64,000 bases of DNA, from NCBI RefSeq assembly GCF_009834535.1, contig NC_045696.1, positions 76,758,001 to 76,822,000 of the forward strand. The letters run 5' to 3'. The stretch's first letter is position 1; every line of letters starts with the position of its first letter. Source of the stretch: Camelus ferus (taxonomy: Eukaryota). The position numbers and the translations under genes were made by a program. This document shows, in pieces, positions 12,990-26,600 of the stretch. Under the pieces are notes generated by a model. That model did not search any database. It saw only the letters and a program-made list of their open reading frames with translations, and was not told the DNA's origin.

Positions 12990-13350
12990 TGAAACTACAG
13001 TATTATTTTTCTCACAAAAATGATATCATCTTGTTTATATTGTTTTGTAGACTTTTTTCCTGTCTACTACAGTATGAATACCTCTACGTCATAAATATAT
13101 TTCTATAATACGATTTTGGATGCTATCATATTTCATGTGAATGGATCGTAATTTTTTTAAGCGGTTTATCATGGTCAGCTATTTAAGGGGTTCAAACTTG
13201 TTGCTACAATGATCAGCCTGATGCACACATTTGTGCACATCCTTAATAATTATTTTAAGATGAATTCCCAGGAGGTGAATTTCTGGCTCAAAGACAGGTG
13301 CATTTTTAAGACTTTTGATGTATACAGTTAAAATTTTCCTTCAGTAAGAT
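12990..13350 (-). mobile_element. Old L1ME-like 3' fragment
   Basis: T-rich; CACATTTGTGCACATCC..GATGAATTCCCAGGAGGTGAATTTCTGGCTCAAAG..TGCATTTTTAA. Confidence 0.55.
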
Positions 13351-15199
13351 GAATTGTCACATGTCTCTTTGGAGTGAAATGTTTCTGAAATTCTCGGAAT
13401 ATTTCTGAGGCAATTTGATCATCAGACAGTGAAGTCTGCTGTTAAAGGTGATGTGCCCACCCAGGGATACTGAATTCAGGCCACTCAAAGGACACAAGGA
13501 CTAAAACAGTAAAACAGCACAGCAGCCCGTGCATCCCCAGCATTCAGCATTGTCTGGTGAACAGTTTGCTTTTGCCAGCTGAAGCCTTTATTTTGAGTGA
13601 CAAATAAAATGTAATATAGTGTGAACCATTTTCGTCATAGGGGCCCTTCCTCTCTCTTCTCTGAAAGTACTTCCTGGCTACCTGCACCTTTCAATTTCAA
13701 GGTTGCCCATCAGAGAAGAGGTGCAACCGTGCTTGAAGGAGCCACCTCCTTTGTCAGCACACCTGGCTCTCTTCCTGATGATGTCTGTAGAAAATTTGTT
13801 CTTTCCTTTCCTTTGATTTACTGTGTGGTCACTTTAAATGTCATTCTTTAAAATGTCTCTTAGAGGCAGCCTGAGGGGGAAATAATTGCATTAGTTACAA
13901 ACGCTGAGATGCAGCACAGGCCCCGAGTGAGGCACCACTCAGACTTCACGCCTTTTCCTGACATGGCTGTCCCTGGATGTCTTTTGAACTGATAATTAGG
14001 TTTCCAGGGTTTACGTTCTCATTAATGGCCTGGTACTGTCAAAACCCCCGTTGAGAGTGAGATTTATTTAAGGTAGAAATTAAATTCCAATGCAGAGTGT
14101 AGAGCCAGGAATTCCCGCCCATCACCCAGTGATAATGCTGTCTCTTGCCCCTCTGCGCTTTAAAACGATTTAGTAAGAGCCTCTTTCTTGCTCCAGACTC
14201 AGATGCTGACTTCCAGATGTGGAAGTCTCTGTCAGTCAGCACTGACTGCATCTTTACTTACTCTGTAGCTTTGGGTGCAGGTGCCGGGTCATCTTTGCGA
14301 GCAGAAGGTCTTATGCATCATGGAGAAGGAAGACGTTGGCATATTGGAGGAAGCTCGCTTCTCTCTCGTGTGGGAAGCAGACCTAGAAACGGAGCCTGGA
14401 GCAGAATGTGACCTAGGCCAGTGGAGAGGTGGGCCTGAGGTTCTGTGGAAACACAGAGAAACAAGTGACCTCAGTCCTTCCCGGGGTATCAGAGCAGGCT
14501 CTACAGAGGAGGTGACCCTGCCTGGGACCCCGTTGCAGGGTGGGTAAGGTTTAGACAGGCAGAGCAAAGCATTACAGGTGGAGGAGGACAGGGCATTTGA
14601 GGACACGCTACAGGGACAAGCAGAGGGTAGGGTTGTTTAAGGAGACTGAGTAGGTGGCTGTTGGTGAAATGACCTGAGGGGACCAGGCGGGATCCTCTCT
14701 CCAAACTATTTGCCCTTACTGCCTTGACCACAGTCTGCTGTTACCTTCATTTAGTAGTTATTTTACAAATGGAAAAGTCATTCTTGTTTTCAGGAATCTA
14801 TTTCTAGGGGAACAATACTGGCAGAAATGAAGGACAGTGGAGTTTTCTGCAGGGACCCAAGTTCTGTCGGAGTTGCTTTCCATGTCCTGTCCCACTGAGT
14901 CCACACAAGGAGTCACTGCTGTTTGGTTAAGGAAACAGAAGCTTAGTGGTGAACAGTTGTCAAAGGCCACGTCCCTGGCAAGTCTGAGGGAAGACCCTTC
15001 AGCAGTCTCTGCGAAGGAGTCTGCAGGGAGGAGGACATGTCACTGGTTGGGGCACAGGCAGGCACGGGGGCCTTGGGGACGCATCTGATGGCAGTGCTGG
15101 TGTTGGACTCAGCAGAGCCGATCCTGGAAATGGGACACGGGGCTAAAGAGAGGAGAGGTAGAAGGAAACCAGAGGAACGCGTCACACATCTCCCCAGGG

Positions 15200-16430
15200 C
15201 GTTTACTCATCTCTCTCTCATTGGTGTAATAAGAGGCTGTTGACTGTCTACGTCAAGGCAGGCGCTGAGCCAGGCACTGGGGTGACGAGGACTTGCTGAG
15301 GCGGGATCGTTACTCTTGTGGTGCTCACGGTCTTGCGAAAACATGAACACAAGTGCATCACAATTCCCTGTCCAGGTGCTCAAGCGCGGGTACACCCAGC
15401 GTACCTAGGCAGTAACACTGCTCAAAAGAGTCAGAGGACAACACTGAGATGGGCCTTACAGGGTTACCAGGGGATTGTCTGAGGAAGGCCAGTGCGGAAG
15501 GGTGTCAATTTGGTGGGGGGCAGTGTGTATGTGGAGCATGTGCTCAGTGTGACTGACAGAGGGTGAGGAGGTGCAGCAGGGAGTGATGGTGGGGCCGGGG
15601 TGGGTTGTGAGGGGCCTTGGGAGTGATTCAGAGGAGTGGATTTAATCCTGCTTGGTTTGGTTTTTAAGGAGGGAGCAATAGGATAGTCAGCCTAGTGACG
15701 ATTTGGAGGATAGAGCTGAGGACGAAAGAGGTTGGAGGACAAGAATTTAAAGAGAAGGATATTACAATAGCTGTGGGAGGACTGATGAAGATCAGTAGCA
15801 GTGGGAAAAGAGAAGGGTATGGAATTCCTTTATATTCCTATAGATTTTAAAAAATCATAAAAGCAATTCATGCTTACCATAGAAAGTCAAAACAAACACA
15901 TGTGTATCAAATAAAAAGAAGTCCACACTTCCTATCCACAATGAACTGGTATGAATCCTTTCCAGACAGCTCTTCCTACACACACACACATACACACACA
16001 TGTACACACACACACACGTTGATATATGCACGTGCATAACCCACTTTTTGTGTGAGTCCAACATTGACCCTATCCTCTTGGAGCTCACAGGTGTCCATAG
16101 GTGCCCAGTTGTATGAATCTGATGCTCAAGGTTGGGGTTTGGGAGTCATCAGTATTTAAAGTGTAGAGTACATGTGATAAACAGGGTGAGGTCATATGGT
16201 GGGAGGGGAAGACCACCAAATATAGAACCTTCAGAAATATTTAATTTAAGGACTGGATAAGGAAAGACAAGACGAGAGAGAGAGAGAGAAACGGAGGAAA
16301 TCATCAAAGTCTGATCAATGTCCAAAAAAAAGTTTTGAAAGCGAGGAGGGTGTGCTCATTAGTGTTAAATACTGCTGAGCCGTCAAGTCAGTTAAGGACT
16401 AGAGAGTGTCCATTGGATTTAACAACAAAG
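15200..16430 (-). mobile_element. Antisense L2 fragments, interrupted by an L1ME piece and (CA)n at ~15840-16020
   Basis: Purine-rich L2 antisense motifs: GGATTTAATCCTG, TTTAAG.AGGGAG, TTTGGGAGTCATCAG, AGGACTAGAGAGTGTCCATTGGATTTA.CAACA. Confidence 0.6.
15978..16017. repeat. Interrupted (CA)n microsatellite
   Basis: Read directly from the sequence. Confidence 0.85.
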
Positions 16431-16439
16431 AATTTCTCA

Positions 16440-17070
16440 AATCTGCCCTCCCCACTGTGACTGCCTTAGTTCCAGCCTTCATCACTTGTGGCCTGGGTGA
16501 TGGCCATCGCCTCTTAGCTGGGCTGCCAGCCTCTAATTGATTCTCTGTGGTGCTGCAGAATCACTTTTTCTAAAATAACTTTTCTGAACTGCATCAGTCC
16601 TCTTCTGAAAACTCCGCAATGGTCTCCAGGTGCTACAAGGTGAGGTCCAAACCTCTTAGAATGTTATGACCATCCTTAACCTTCATCTTTACCACTTCAA
16701 CACGATTTAGGCTTCCACAGTGTTGAATGGTCTACACTTCTCTGAAAACATTGTGAGCTTTTTCACTCCTCTGTCTTTGCAATGTTATGTTTGCTGGGAA
16801 TGCCCTTCCTCCTTTATCTGCCAAGCAAACTCCTATTCTTCCTTCAAAACCCAACTCAGACATCACCTCCTCTGGGAAGCCATCTCCTTGTGACTTCCTT
16901 TTTGCATATTTCACACAGCATTGTGGTTTTTGTTCTAGTTCTGTCTCCCTTATTACATTATACATTTTTTTAAGGCAAGAAGTGTTTCATACTGGTGTCT
17001 GTGTCTTCAGCCTTGTGTCATAATACCTACCACTTAGTGAGATGCTCAAGAATTGTCTTGAGATTAATTG
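16440..17070 (+). mobile_element. L2 LINE 3' portion
   Basis: TTAGTTCCAGCCTTCATC, CAATGGTCTCC, TCCAAACCTCTTAG, TGCTGGGAATGCCCTTCC, CAACTCAGACATCACCTCCTCTGGGAAGCC. Confidence 0.75.
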
Positions 17071-17254
17071 TCCTCAAGCTATCATTAAAACTGTTAGTAA
17101 GTGGTGTCTTTAAAACAACCTTTGCAGAGGAATAGTTACCATTTAGTTTTATGACTTTCTGATTTTTCAGATTCTGTGATTTTTTTGGATGAAGAAACTG
17201 AGACCAAAAGATTTTTAAAGCTTATACAAAATGAAAATTAAAGGAAAAGTTAAA

Positions 17255-17405
17255 GGTCATCTAGTTGAGCCCTCTCACTTTGCAGATGAGTACAATCAAG
17301 CTCAGAGAGGCTAGGGACGTTGCTCCAGTGAGTGGGGGGTGGGGGGGGGGGGAGGCAGAGGCCCAGCTATGGCTCAGAAGCCGGGCTCTCTGGTTCTCAC
17401 CTGGG
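17255..17405 (-). mobile_element. MIR/MIR3 fragment
   Basis: GGTCATCTAG..CCCTCTCACTTTGCAGATGAG..GCTCAGAGAGG. Confidence 0.6.
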
Positions 17406-17609
17406 TGCTCCTCAGTTAAACACTTGCCTGCACTTTGGTGTTGGATCTGGCTACTAGGTGTACCCCCTTTTCCCCTGGAAAGCCAGGCTGGCAGGGTTGA
17501 TCCATCATTAGTGGACTCTGATACTGATGACAAAAGGTCCTTTAAAGCTCATTTTTACAGGGCATCCAGGAGCTGCAATTTTTTTTTTTTTGAAGTGAAT
17601 CTCCTTTAC

Positions 17610-18250
17610 TGTCAAGGTCTGGTCAGTACTTCAAACAGAAAGGGTTAAGTATAGGGAACTGATTATATGGGTATTGGAAATTTGAGGGAGCAAGAGGGGG
17701 TGACAGCATAACCTCACGATTAGGGACTTTATAAAGAAGCTATTATCCCTGAGAGCAGAGAAACAAAGAGAACTAGTTGTATTACCAAAGTCTGGAGCTT
17801 AGAGGAGAGGCCAGCCGGCTAGTCTCTGAACTCTCAAGGGATTGGTGACTTGGTCTCTGATGAGGGGGTGCTGTGTAGCTGGTGCTCAGATCTTGGGTGC
17901 CTCCAGCTGGAACTTGGATTTCTGAGGACATGGCCCAGATGGTGTCTGGATGGCTGAGGAGGGGGTGGCCCAGTGGGCAGGGGATACTAGTGTGGCTGGT
18001 GCTGGTGGTGCTGAGAGATGCTGGGGGCTGGAGCCTGCCTGCCCACTATGGTGGGAGAGATGAGGGGGTCTTGCTGGAAAGAGGAGGAGTGTGCTCCTCC
18101 TCCCCTCATCTCACTTTCTAACTGCCTGTCAGTGCAGAGTCCGACTGGAACCTGGGATCCATGGTTGGCAGAGTTCCAGCCTCATGGTCACAGAGCAGAG
18201 TCCAGCAGGGTGGGATTGGGGCTGAGATTATGGGTGAATAACCAGAATAT
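17610..18250 (-). mobile_element. Ancient LTR relic (LTR78/LTR79-like)
   Basis: TTCAAACAGAAAGGGTTAA.TATAGGGAA.TG.TTA at the start and AGAGCAGAG..AGGGTGGG.TTGG.GCTGAGA..AATAACC at the end. Confidence 0.45.
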
Positions 18251-18737
18251 ATCCATTCACTCTCTCTGTGGGAGATAGAACCTTTGAATTCTTGTCAGTT
18301 CTCTGCTGTTCACTCTGAAAGACATAATTGTTCCTACCAAAGTCTCCTTAGCTATCTATAAGGAGAATCAAAAATAATAAATCTAATGAGTTTTAGTTCC
18401 AAGCGAAGTCTTTTGCTTTTTAAAAATTGGTGAATGAAAGACACCTTCTGTTGCCCACTTGGCAGTCTTTACTTCCGAGACATTGCAGTAGATTATCTTA
18501 ATACCACCATTATTATCTCTCTGTTCACAGATTTTACAAGAACCTCTAAATCTCTTACAAGGAGTATTTTAAAAAGCAATTCCACAATGAGGAGAGACTA
18601 ACTATTCTACTAATAGCACTAGAGCTTGGTTTCCTGAAAAGTGTGTGTGTGTGCATGTGTATATTCTGTTACTTTCACCTTTTTTAGTTTTTCATTTTAC
18701 ATTTTTAATAGGTCTGATATATAATTAATGTACAGTA

Positions 18738-19083
18738 TGTCTTAGTCTGTTCAGGTTGCTGTAACAAAAGTACCCTAGACAAGGTGGCTTATAAACAACA
18801 GAGGTTTATTTCTTACACTTCATGAGGCTGGAAGTCCAAGATCAAGGCTCCAGCAGATTTGGTGTCTAGTGAGACAGCCATCTACTCCCTGTGTCCTCAT
18901 GTGGCAGAGGGATCCAGGGAGCACTCTGGGGTCTTTTATATGAAGGCACTAATCTCATTCATGAGGGATCCACCCTTATGACCTAATCACCTCCCAAAGG
19001 CCCCACCTCCAAATACCATCCCATTGGGGGTTAGGTTTCAACCCATGAATCTTTAAGGAGACACAGACATTTGGTCTACAGCA
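18738..19083 (-). mobile_element. MaLR solo LTR (MLT1A-like), nested in an old L1 3' fragment (~18690-19250)
   Basis: TGTCTTAGTC...TACAGCA termini. 5-bp TSD CAGTA (18733-18737) / CAATA (19084-19088). Diagnostic GGCTTATAAACAACAG, GAGGCTGGAAGTCCAAGATCAAGG, TAATCACCTCCCAAAGGCCCCACCTCC. Confidence 0.9.
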
Positions 19084-19300
19084 CAATACCTTGCCTGTAT
19101 TCATGCACACAACTTGACGTGTGTGTGGAGCTGTGAAACATCGTCATAAGAGAGTGGATATGTCCATCACTCCTACAAGGTGCCTCATGTCCTTTCATAA
19201 TTCCCCCTCCTATCTCCAGGCCACCACCAATCTGCTTTCTGTCATCACATAGTCACAAATTAAGCTTCATAAACAAGTGGGAAAAATCAAATGGGTCAGG

Positions 19301-19815
19301 AGATGGTAGTTGCTCACCCAGACATCCATCCTCCTTTCTTTTTGAATGAATCCTGATTTATATCTTGGAGGGTGATGATATCTCAAGAATATTTTCCCCA
19401 GCCTTCCTTGCCACTGAGTATTGCCGTGTAACTAAGATCTCGCCAGTGAGATGCAAGCTGAAGTCTTCCGTGAGACTTTTGGAAAGAGTGTTTAAGAGGG
19501 GCTAACTTGGCTGGGAAGAAGGCCTTTTTGCCTTTTCTCCCATTTCTTTTCCTGTTGTGTGGAATGCATTTGTAATGGCTGGAGCTCCACCAGCCACCTT
19601 GGACTATGAAACAATCTTGAAAATGAAAGCCATTTAGTAAGTTGGTGGAGCAGAGAGATAAGCTTGCATTTCTGATGTCACTATGATACTTTCATACCAA
19701 ACCTGCACTGTCTACACCTGAATTTATTTTAAGTATCATAAACTTCTAATTTTCTTAAGCAACTCTTATTTTGCTTTTATTTTTATACACTATTGACCTT
19801 CTCCTACCAGAAGCA
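19301..19815 (+). mobile_element. Old MaLR LTR (MLT1I/J-like)
   Basis: TTTCCCAGCCTTCCTTGC, GCCAGTGAGATGCAAGC, ATGGCTGGAGCTCC..CAGCCACCTTG. Confidence 0.55.
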
Positions 19816-22199
19816 TCTCTACTTCTATGAATGTTTCTCATTAGCTTTCTCAGAACAGGTACAACAATGCCATTTGATTTTATTTCCATTTGAATTATAT
19901 ACCTGATGTAGATCCTCTTTTAAACTTATACATGTCACTTAACTTTGACAGAGAACGAGTCACTTTGCTGGGGTCAAGCCAGTCAAAAACATTAGCCAGC
20001 AAGTCATTCTAGCAACTTGATTCCCGAGGCTCTGACCTATCAGCTCCTCTGCCAGAATAAACTGCTATTCATTTAAGCACCTGTTGACCTTAAGGAAGTT
20101 TCATGACGCCTGGTACCTTCAGCACTTTCAAAGGCGGCCAGGCAGAATCCTTCTGTCACCCTTTCTCAATGTTAAGGTGAAGAAAGAACATAGAAACTAC
20201 AAGCCTAGGTGGTAAAAGAGGTGTCATTAGGGCTAAATAGAATCTCCCAGAGACACTGTTCCTTTCTTGACATGGATGTAGGGTGTTTCCATTGCTGCCC
20301 TGGCTCAATGTACAAAGTCTGTTATCTTAATGTGTGAGAAACAGAGTCCTTGTTGTTGCACTAGCCTCCAGGTGCAAGGACCACGGAAGCCTGGGGTGGT
20401 CTTGGCATGCTTTTTTATGGGCTGGGTTCTGGGACATACCCTCCTTACTTGCTTCTGACAAGCTTGCTTTTGTAGGGCAGTGTGGTTCATGCCATAAAAA
20501 AATAAACTTAATTAAGTTCTGTTAGGTACTGCCTTCCTGTGAAAAAGAGAAAATGGGTGAACTCTAATAAAGAAGAATTGGCCTAGGCAAACATTTGTGC
20601 TCTTTTTCACTGGCATTTCTGGAAATTAAGCTATTAAATCAGGAGAAATGGTCAGGCTGGTTTGATATTTATTTTTCATTCCTTGACTGCAAAGTAAAAG
20701 GCTTAACTTACAATGACAAAATCAACACCTACTGTGTTCCATTCATTAATTCTGGCATTCTCTCAGAACATTTCCCAGATTTGTCTAATATGATTTTTTT
20801 TTTCCTTTAAAAAAGCCTGGAACTCATTAGTCATGATGCCATTATATCCTGGATGCTTTAAACAGGTTTCTGTAATTCCTCTCATCCTCTGCCTAGCACT
20901 TTTTTAGTGAGAAAACAAAGCTGGGTACATTAGAAAGTTGGTGGTTTGTAAAGATGTCATGGCATTTTCTCCTAGACTTTGGTGGGTTTCTTTCCAGTTC
21001 TGAATATTTCAAGAATATTGTAAGCAGTTCATTAGAGGCCTGAACAATTTGGATACTCTGCAGCAGATTTAACTCAGACCTTCTTATGTATTTTAGCTTA
21101 AACTCTACAGGGGCTTATTTCAAAATAGTGTTTCCCAAAGTCTTCATTATTTTCCAACTGAGCACAACTATTTTTTTTTTTGCCATTTAAAAAAATTTAT
21201 ATGTATTGGATTTGTCTTGATCACATAACATTTCTACCCTAGAAGATAAAGATATTTCAACTTGCTTTCCTTTCCTTAATTTTATGAAAAAATGCCTCAT
21301 TTTCTTTACTCATATCCGACAACCACCTTAAGGAGAAAAGTGTGGACCACTGGTTCATTGGTTTGGACCCAGTCGAGAATCTTGGGCACAGTGGTGTCGC
21401 AGTCCATCTCCCTGCTAGACTGAAAGGTTCTTAAGGGGAAGATGTGTTTATCTCCTTTAGCCCATTTCCTGCATCCGCCAGAGGCTCCATGCACGTTTGT
21501 CAAGTTGGTTGCCAAAAGAGAATTTCTTGACCTGTGCTTGCCAAGGCTGTGTTTATATAAAACGTTTGACCCAATAATTTAAAAAAATTTGACTACATAT
21601 TTATCTCCCTTTAAGCCAGGCATGTTATGGTTACATAGACACAGACTTATGTGTTGATTTGACTTTCTACTCCTGAATTTCCCTTATGAAGGTGTTAAAA
21701 CCTAGTGAAAATATACTCAGAGTGAGTCACCTATCAGAGAAAGATGATCCGTTTTCTCTAATCCTATCAGAAATGACTAGCGTTAACTCTATATGTTGGT
21801 TAGAAGGTGCCTAACTTAGTTCATCGGTGGAGTTATTGAGGTAAATGTATTACGTGGTTGAGTGAATTGAAGCTAATTTAAAATAAACACTGTTATGAAA
21901 TATACAAAACCAGAAATTCACTGACTGTGTAATATTTCCCCTTAAAGGTTTTGTTTATAATTCAAATCTCTGTTAAAAGCACCTGCGGATGAAATTACTT
22001 TCCAGATAACTGATGGCTCTCAATATGGCATGACATTTATGGATCTGAACTACTTTGACTCCTTTTGGAAAACAAAGATGTCCTGCTGCTGTTAAGCCTA
22101 TTGAGAAATGAGCTGGTACGATAGTTGCTTGGCCATTTGTACTTTCATGGGCTCCAAGAGACCTCTGGACTGACCGAGTCCCCTGTGAGTCCCTGGGAT

Positions 22200-22776
22200 A
22201 CACTGTTCGCCAAGCTGACTGCAACAACTTCTCCTCTGCCTAGGCGCTAGCCCCTTTCCAGTGTGATTTGGATGCTCCTCCCACTGAGAGGTGAGGTCTC
22301 TTCTTGGGGCCCCGTGACTTGGGACTGGCCTTGGGCTTCACTCTGACCAGTTGACTGTGGTGAAGATAATGTTGTAAGAATTCCAATAACAGGCCTTAAA
22401 CTTCAGTTTTCACTATCTTGGAATGTTGCTCTGCAGTTGATATATGGAAAACATGGTCTAACAATAAGATGAGAGGTCACGTAGAGTGGAGATAGACCAA
22501 CCCAGCTAAGTCTCCCTAGACCAGATAGCCAGGGGTCAGCACCAGCCACCAGGCGCATGAGCAAGGCCATCTTAGGCCGCCCAGCCCCACTCATTCACCA
22601 GGTGACTATAGCTGCAGGAGTGACCTCAGGCAGAACCAACAGACCAACAGAAGAGCTGCCCAGCTGAGCCCAGACCAAAGTGCTATTTACAGAATCATGA
22701 GCAAATAAAATCATTGTCAGTTTACGCCATTAGCTTTTGGGGGCAATTTGTGACATGGCAATAGACAACTATTATA
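22200..22776 (+). mobile_element. MaLR LTR (MLT1F/G/H-like)
   Basis: GCTCCTCCCAC..AGAGGTG, CTGCCCAGCTGAGCCCAG, ACAGAATCATGAGCAAATAAAA, GCAATAGACAACT near the 3' end. Confidence 0.75.
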
Positions 22777-23614
22777 ACCCCCTATGAAAAAGACCCTTTT
22801 CTGCATTTTGGCAGTTGATGGTGTCTCTGCAGACTACTTGTTCAGCCGGCTGCCCCGGCTTGCTTTACTTCTGGTTATGCTCTCTTTGACTGGCTCTCTG
22901 TCTCTGGTCTCTTTAGACCCAGGGTTTGGTTTGGAGTGTGTTTTGATTTACGACTCCAGCCTCACCTGCATGCTGGGCCTTTGGATGTCTTTTATCCCCA
23001 TAGCTTTTAGCCTGAAGGCCAGACCAGCCATGCCCGTGGTTACCAGAAGCCTGGCTAGCTGTGTTGTCCGGTGACCCTTCTTGGCCAGGAGTGGGGCTAG
23101 GAGGCCATGGTTCATTGAGTAAAGGCTGACTGATGGAGTCACGGGGCCTCAGGGAGCTCTCCTTGGGTTAACTGCAATCTATTTATACCCAGAACGTACT
23201 CTCAGGATTACAATTTTAGTGATTGTTTTAAGAGGCAAATCTGGTCACATTTCCAACCCCCTCTAAAAAGGCTTCCTTGTTGCTCTTTTTTTTTTTTTTT
23301 AACATTTTTTATTGATTTATAATCATTTTACAATGTTGTGTCAAATTCCAGTGTTCAGCACAATTTTTCAGTTATTCATGGACATATACACACTCATTGT
23401 CACATTTTTTTCTCTGTGAGTTATCATAACATTTTGTGTATATTTCCCTGTGCTATACAGTGTAGTCTATTCTACAATTTTGAAATCCCAGTCTATCCCT
23501 TCCCACCCTCCACCCCCCTGGTAACCACAAGTCTGTATTCTCTGTCTGTGAGTCTATTTCTGTCCTTTGTTTACGCTTTGTTTTTGTTTGTTTGTTTGTT
23601 TTTGTTTTTCTTTT

Positions 23615-26600
23615 TTAGATTCCACATATGAGCGATCTCATATAGTATTTTTCTTTCTCTTTCTGGCTTACTTCACTTAGAATGACATTCTCAAGGAGCA
23701 TCCATGTTGCTGCAAATGGCATTATGTTGTCGGTTTCTATGGCTGAGTAGTATTCCATTGTATAAATATACCACTTCTGCTTTATCCAGTCACCTGTTGA
23801 TGGACATTTAGGCTGTTTCCATGTTTTGGCTATTGTAAATAGTGCTGCTATGAACCTTGGGGTGAAGGTGTCATCCTGAAGTAGATTTCCTTCTGGATAC
23901 AAGCCCAGGAGTGGGATTCCTGGGTCATATGGTAAGTCTATTCCTAGTCTTTTGAGGAATCTCCACACTGTTTTCCATAGTGGCTGCACCAAACTGCATT
24001 CCCACCAGCAGTGTAGGAGGGTTCCCCTTTCTCCACAGCCTCTCCAGCATTTGTCATTTGTGGATTTTTGAATGACGGCCATTCTGACTGGTGTGACGTG
24101 ATACCTCATTGTAGTTTTGATTTGCATTTCTCTGATAATTAGGGACATTGAGCATTTTTTCATGTGCTTTTTGATCATTTGTATGTCTTCCTTGGAGAAT
24201 TGCTTGTTTAGGTCTTCTGCCCATTTTTGGATTGGGTTGTTTATTTTTTTCTTATTGAGTCGTATGAGCTGCTTATATATTCTGGAGATCAAGCCTTCGT
24301 CGGTTTCACTTGCAAAAATGTTCTCCCATTCCGTAGGTTTTCTTCTTGTTTTATTTCTGGTTTCCTTAATGCTGTGCAGAAGCTTGTAAGTTTTATTAGG
24401 TCCCATTTGTTTATTCTTGCTTTTATTTCTTCTAGGAGAAAATTTTGAAATGTATTCAGATAATGTTTTGCCTATGTTTTCCTCTAGGAGGTTTATTGTA
24501 TCTTGTCTTATGTTTAAGTCTTTAATCCATTTTGAGTTGATTTTTGTATATGGTGTAAGGGAGTGTTCTAGCTTCATTGTTTTACATGCTGCTGTCCAGT
24601 TTTCCCAACACCATTTGCTGAAGAGACTGTCTTTATTCCAATGTATATTCTTGCCTCCTTTGTCAAAGATGAGTTGACCAAAAGTTTGTGGGTTCATTTC
24701 TGGGCTCTCTATTCTGTTCCATCGGTCTATATGTCTGTTTTGGTACCAATACCATGCTGTCTTGATGACTGTAGCTCTATAGTATTGTCTGAAGTCTGGG
24801 AGAGTTATTCCTCCAGCCTCTTTCTTTCTCTTCAGTAATGCTTTGGCAATTCTAGGTCTTTGATGGTTCCATATGAATTTTATTATGATTTGTTCTAGTT
24901 CTGTGAAATATGTCCTGGGTAATTGGATAGGGATTGCATTAAATCTGTAGATTGCCTTGGGCAGTGTGACCATTTTAACAATATTGATTCTTCCAATCCA
25001 AGAGCATGGAATATCTTTCCACTTTTTAAAGTCTTCTTTAATTTCCTTCATCAATGGTTTATAGTTTTCGGTGTATAATTCTTTCACCTCCTTGGTTAGA
25101 TTTATTCCCAGATATTTTATTACTTTGGGTGCTGTTTTAAAGGGGATTGTTTCTTTACTTTCTTCTTCTGTTGATTTATCGTTAGTGTAAAGAAATGCAA
25201 CTGATTTTTGAACGTTAATTTTGTAACCTGCTACCTTGCTGAATTCTTCAATCAGCTGCAGTAGCTTTTGTGTGGACCTTTTAGGGTTTTCTATATATAG
25301 TAACATGTCATCAGCATATAGTGACACTTTTACCTCTTCTTTTCCAGTTTGGATCCCTTTTATTTCTTTCTCTTGCCTGACTGCTGTGGCTAGGACTTCC
25401 AGGACTATGTTGAATAGGAGTGGTGATAGTGGGCATCCTTGTCTTGTCCCAGATTTTAGTGGGACGCTTTTGAGTTTTTCACCGTTGAGTACTATGCTGG
25501 CTGTAGGTTTGTCATATATAGCTTTTATTATGTTGAGATATGTTCCCTCTATACCCACTTTGGTGAGAGTTTTTATCATAAATGGGTGTTGAATTTTATC
25601 AAATGCTTTTTCTGCATCGATTGAGATGATCATGTGGTTTTTGTCCTTTCTCTTGTTGATATGATGTATTACACTGATTGATTTGCGTATGTTGAACCAG
25701 CCTTGTGTCCCTGGGATGAACCCCACTTGGTCATGATGTATAATCTTTTTTATGTGTTGTTGGATTCTATTTGCTAAAATTTTGGTGAGGATTTTGGCGT
25801 CTATGTTCATCAGTGATGTTGGCCTATAATTCTCCTTTTTTGTAGTGTCTTTGCCTGGTTTTGGTATCAGGGTGATGGTGGCTTCATAGAATGAGTTTGG
25901 GAGTATTCCCTCCTTTTCAATCGTCTGGAAGAGTTTGAGAAGGACTGGTATGAGTTCTTTGTATGTTTGGTAGAATTCCCCGGTGAAGCCATCCGGTCCT
26001 GGACTTTTATTTGTAGGGAGGTTTTTAATTGCTATTTCTATTTCCTTTCTAGTGATCGGATTGTTCAAGTGTTCAGATTCTTCTTGCTTCAGTTTTGGTG
26101 GACAGTATGTTTCCAGAAACTTGTCCATCTCCTCTAGGTTATCCAGTTTGTTTCCATATAGTTTTTCATAATATTCTCGTATGATATTCTGTATTTCTAT
26201 TTTGTTTGCTGTAATTTCTCCATTTTCCTTTCTTATTTTGCTAATTTGTGCTCTGTCTTTTTTATTCTTTGTGAGTTTGGCCAGATGTTTTTCGATTTTA
26301 TTTACTTTTTCAAAAAGCAGCTTTTGGTTTGGTTGATTTTTTCTTTGGTCTTGTTAAACTCTATTGTATTTAATTCCTCTCTGATCTTTATTATTTCCTT
26401 CCTTCTGCTGCTTTTTGGGCTTTTTGTTCTTCTTTTTCTAATTCATTCAGGTGGTGGGTTAAATTGTTTATTTGAGATTGTTCTTCTTTTTTGAGGAAGG
26501 CCTGTATCGCTATAAACTTCCCTCTTAGCACTGCCTTTGCTGTGTCCCGTAGGTTTTGAGTGGTTGTGCTTTCATTATCATTTGTCTCAAGGTATTTTTT

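Noticed and set aside
23615..26128. A domesticated or novel stand-alone reverse transcriptase gene (837 aa)
   Set aside because: It is the C-terminal part of L1 ORF2 within a complete element with TSDs, begins at an internal Met after frameshifts, and contains a scrambled segment.
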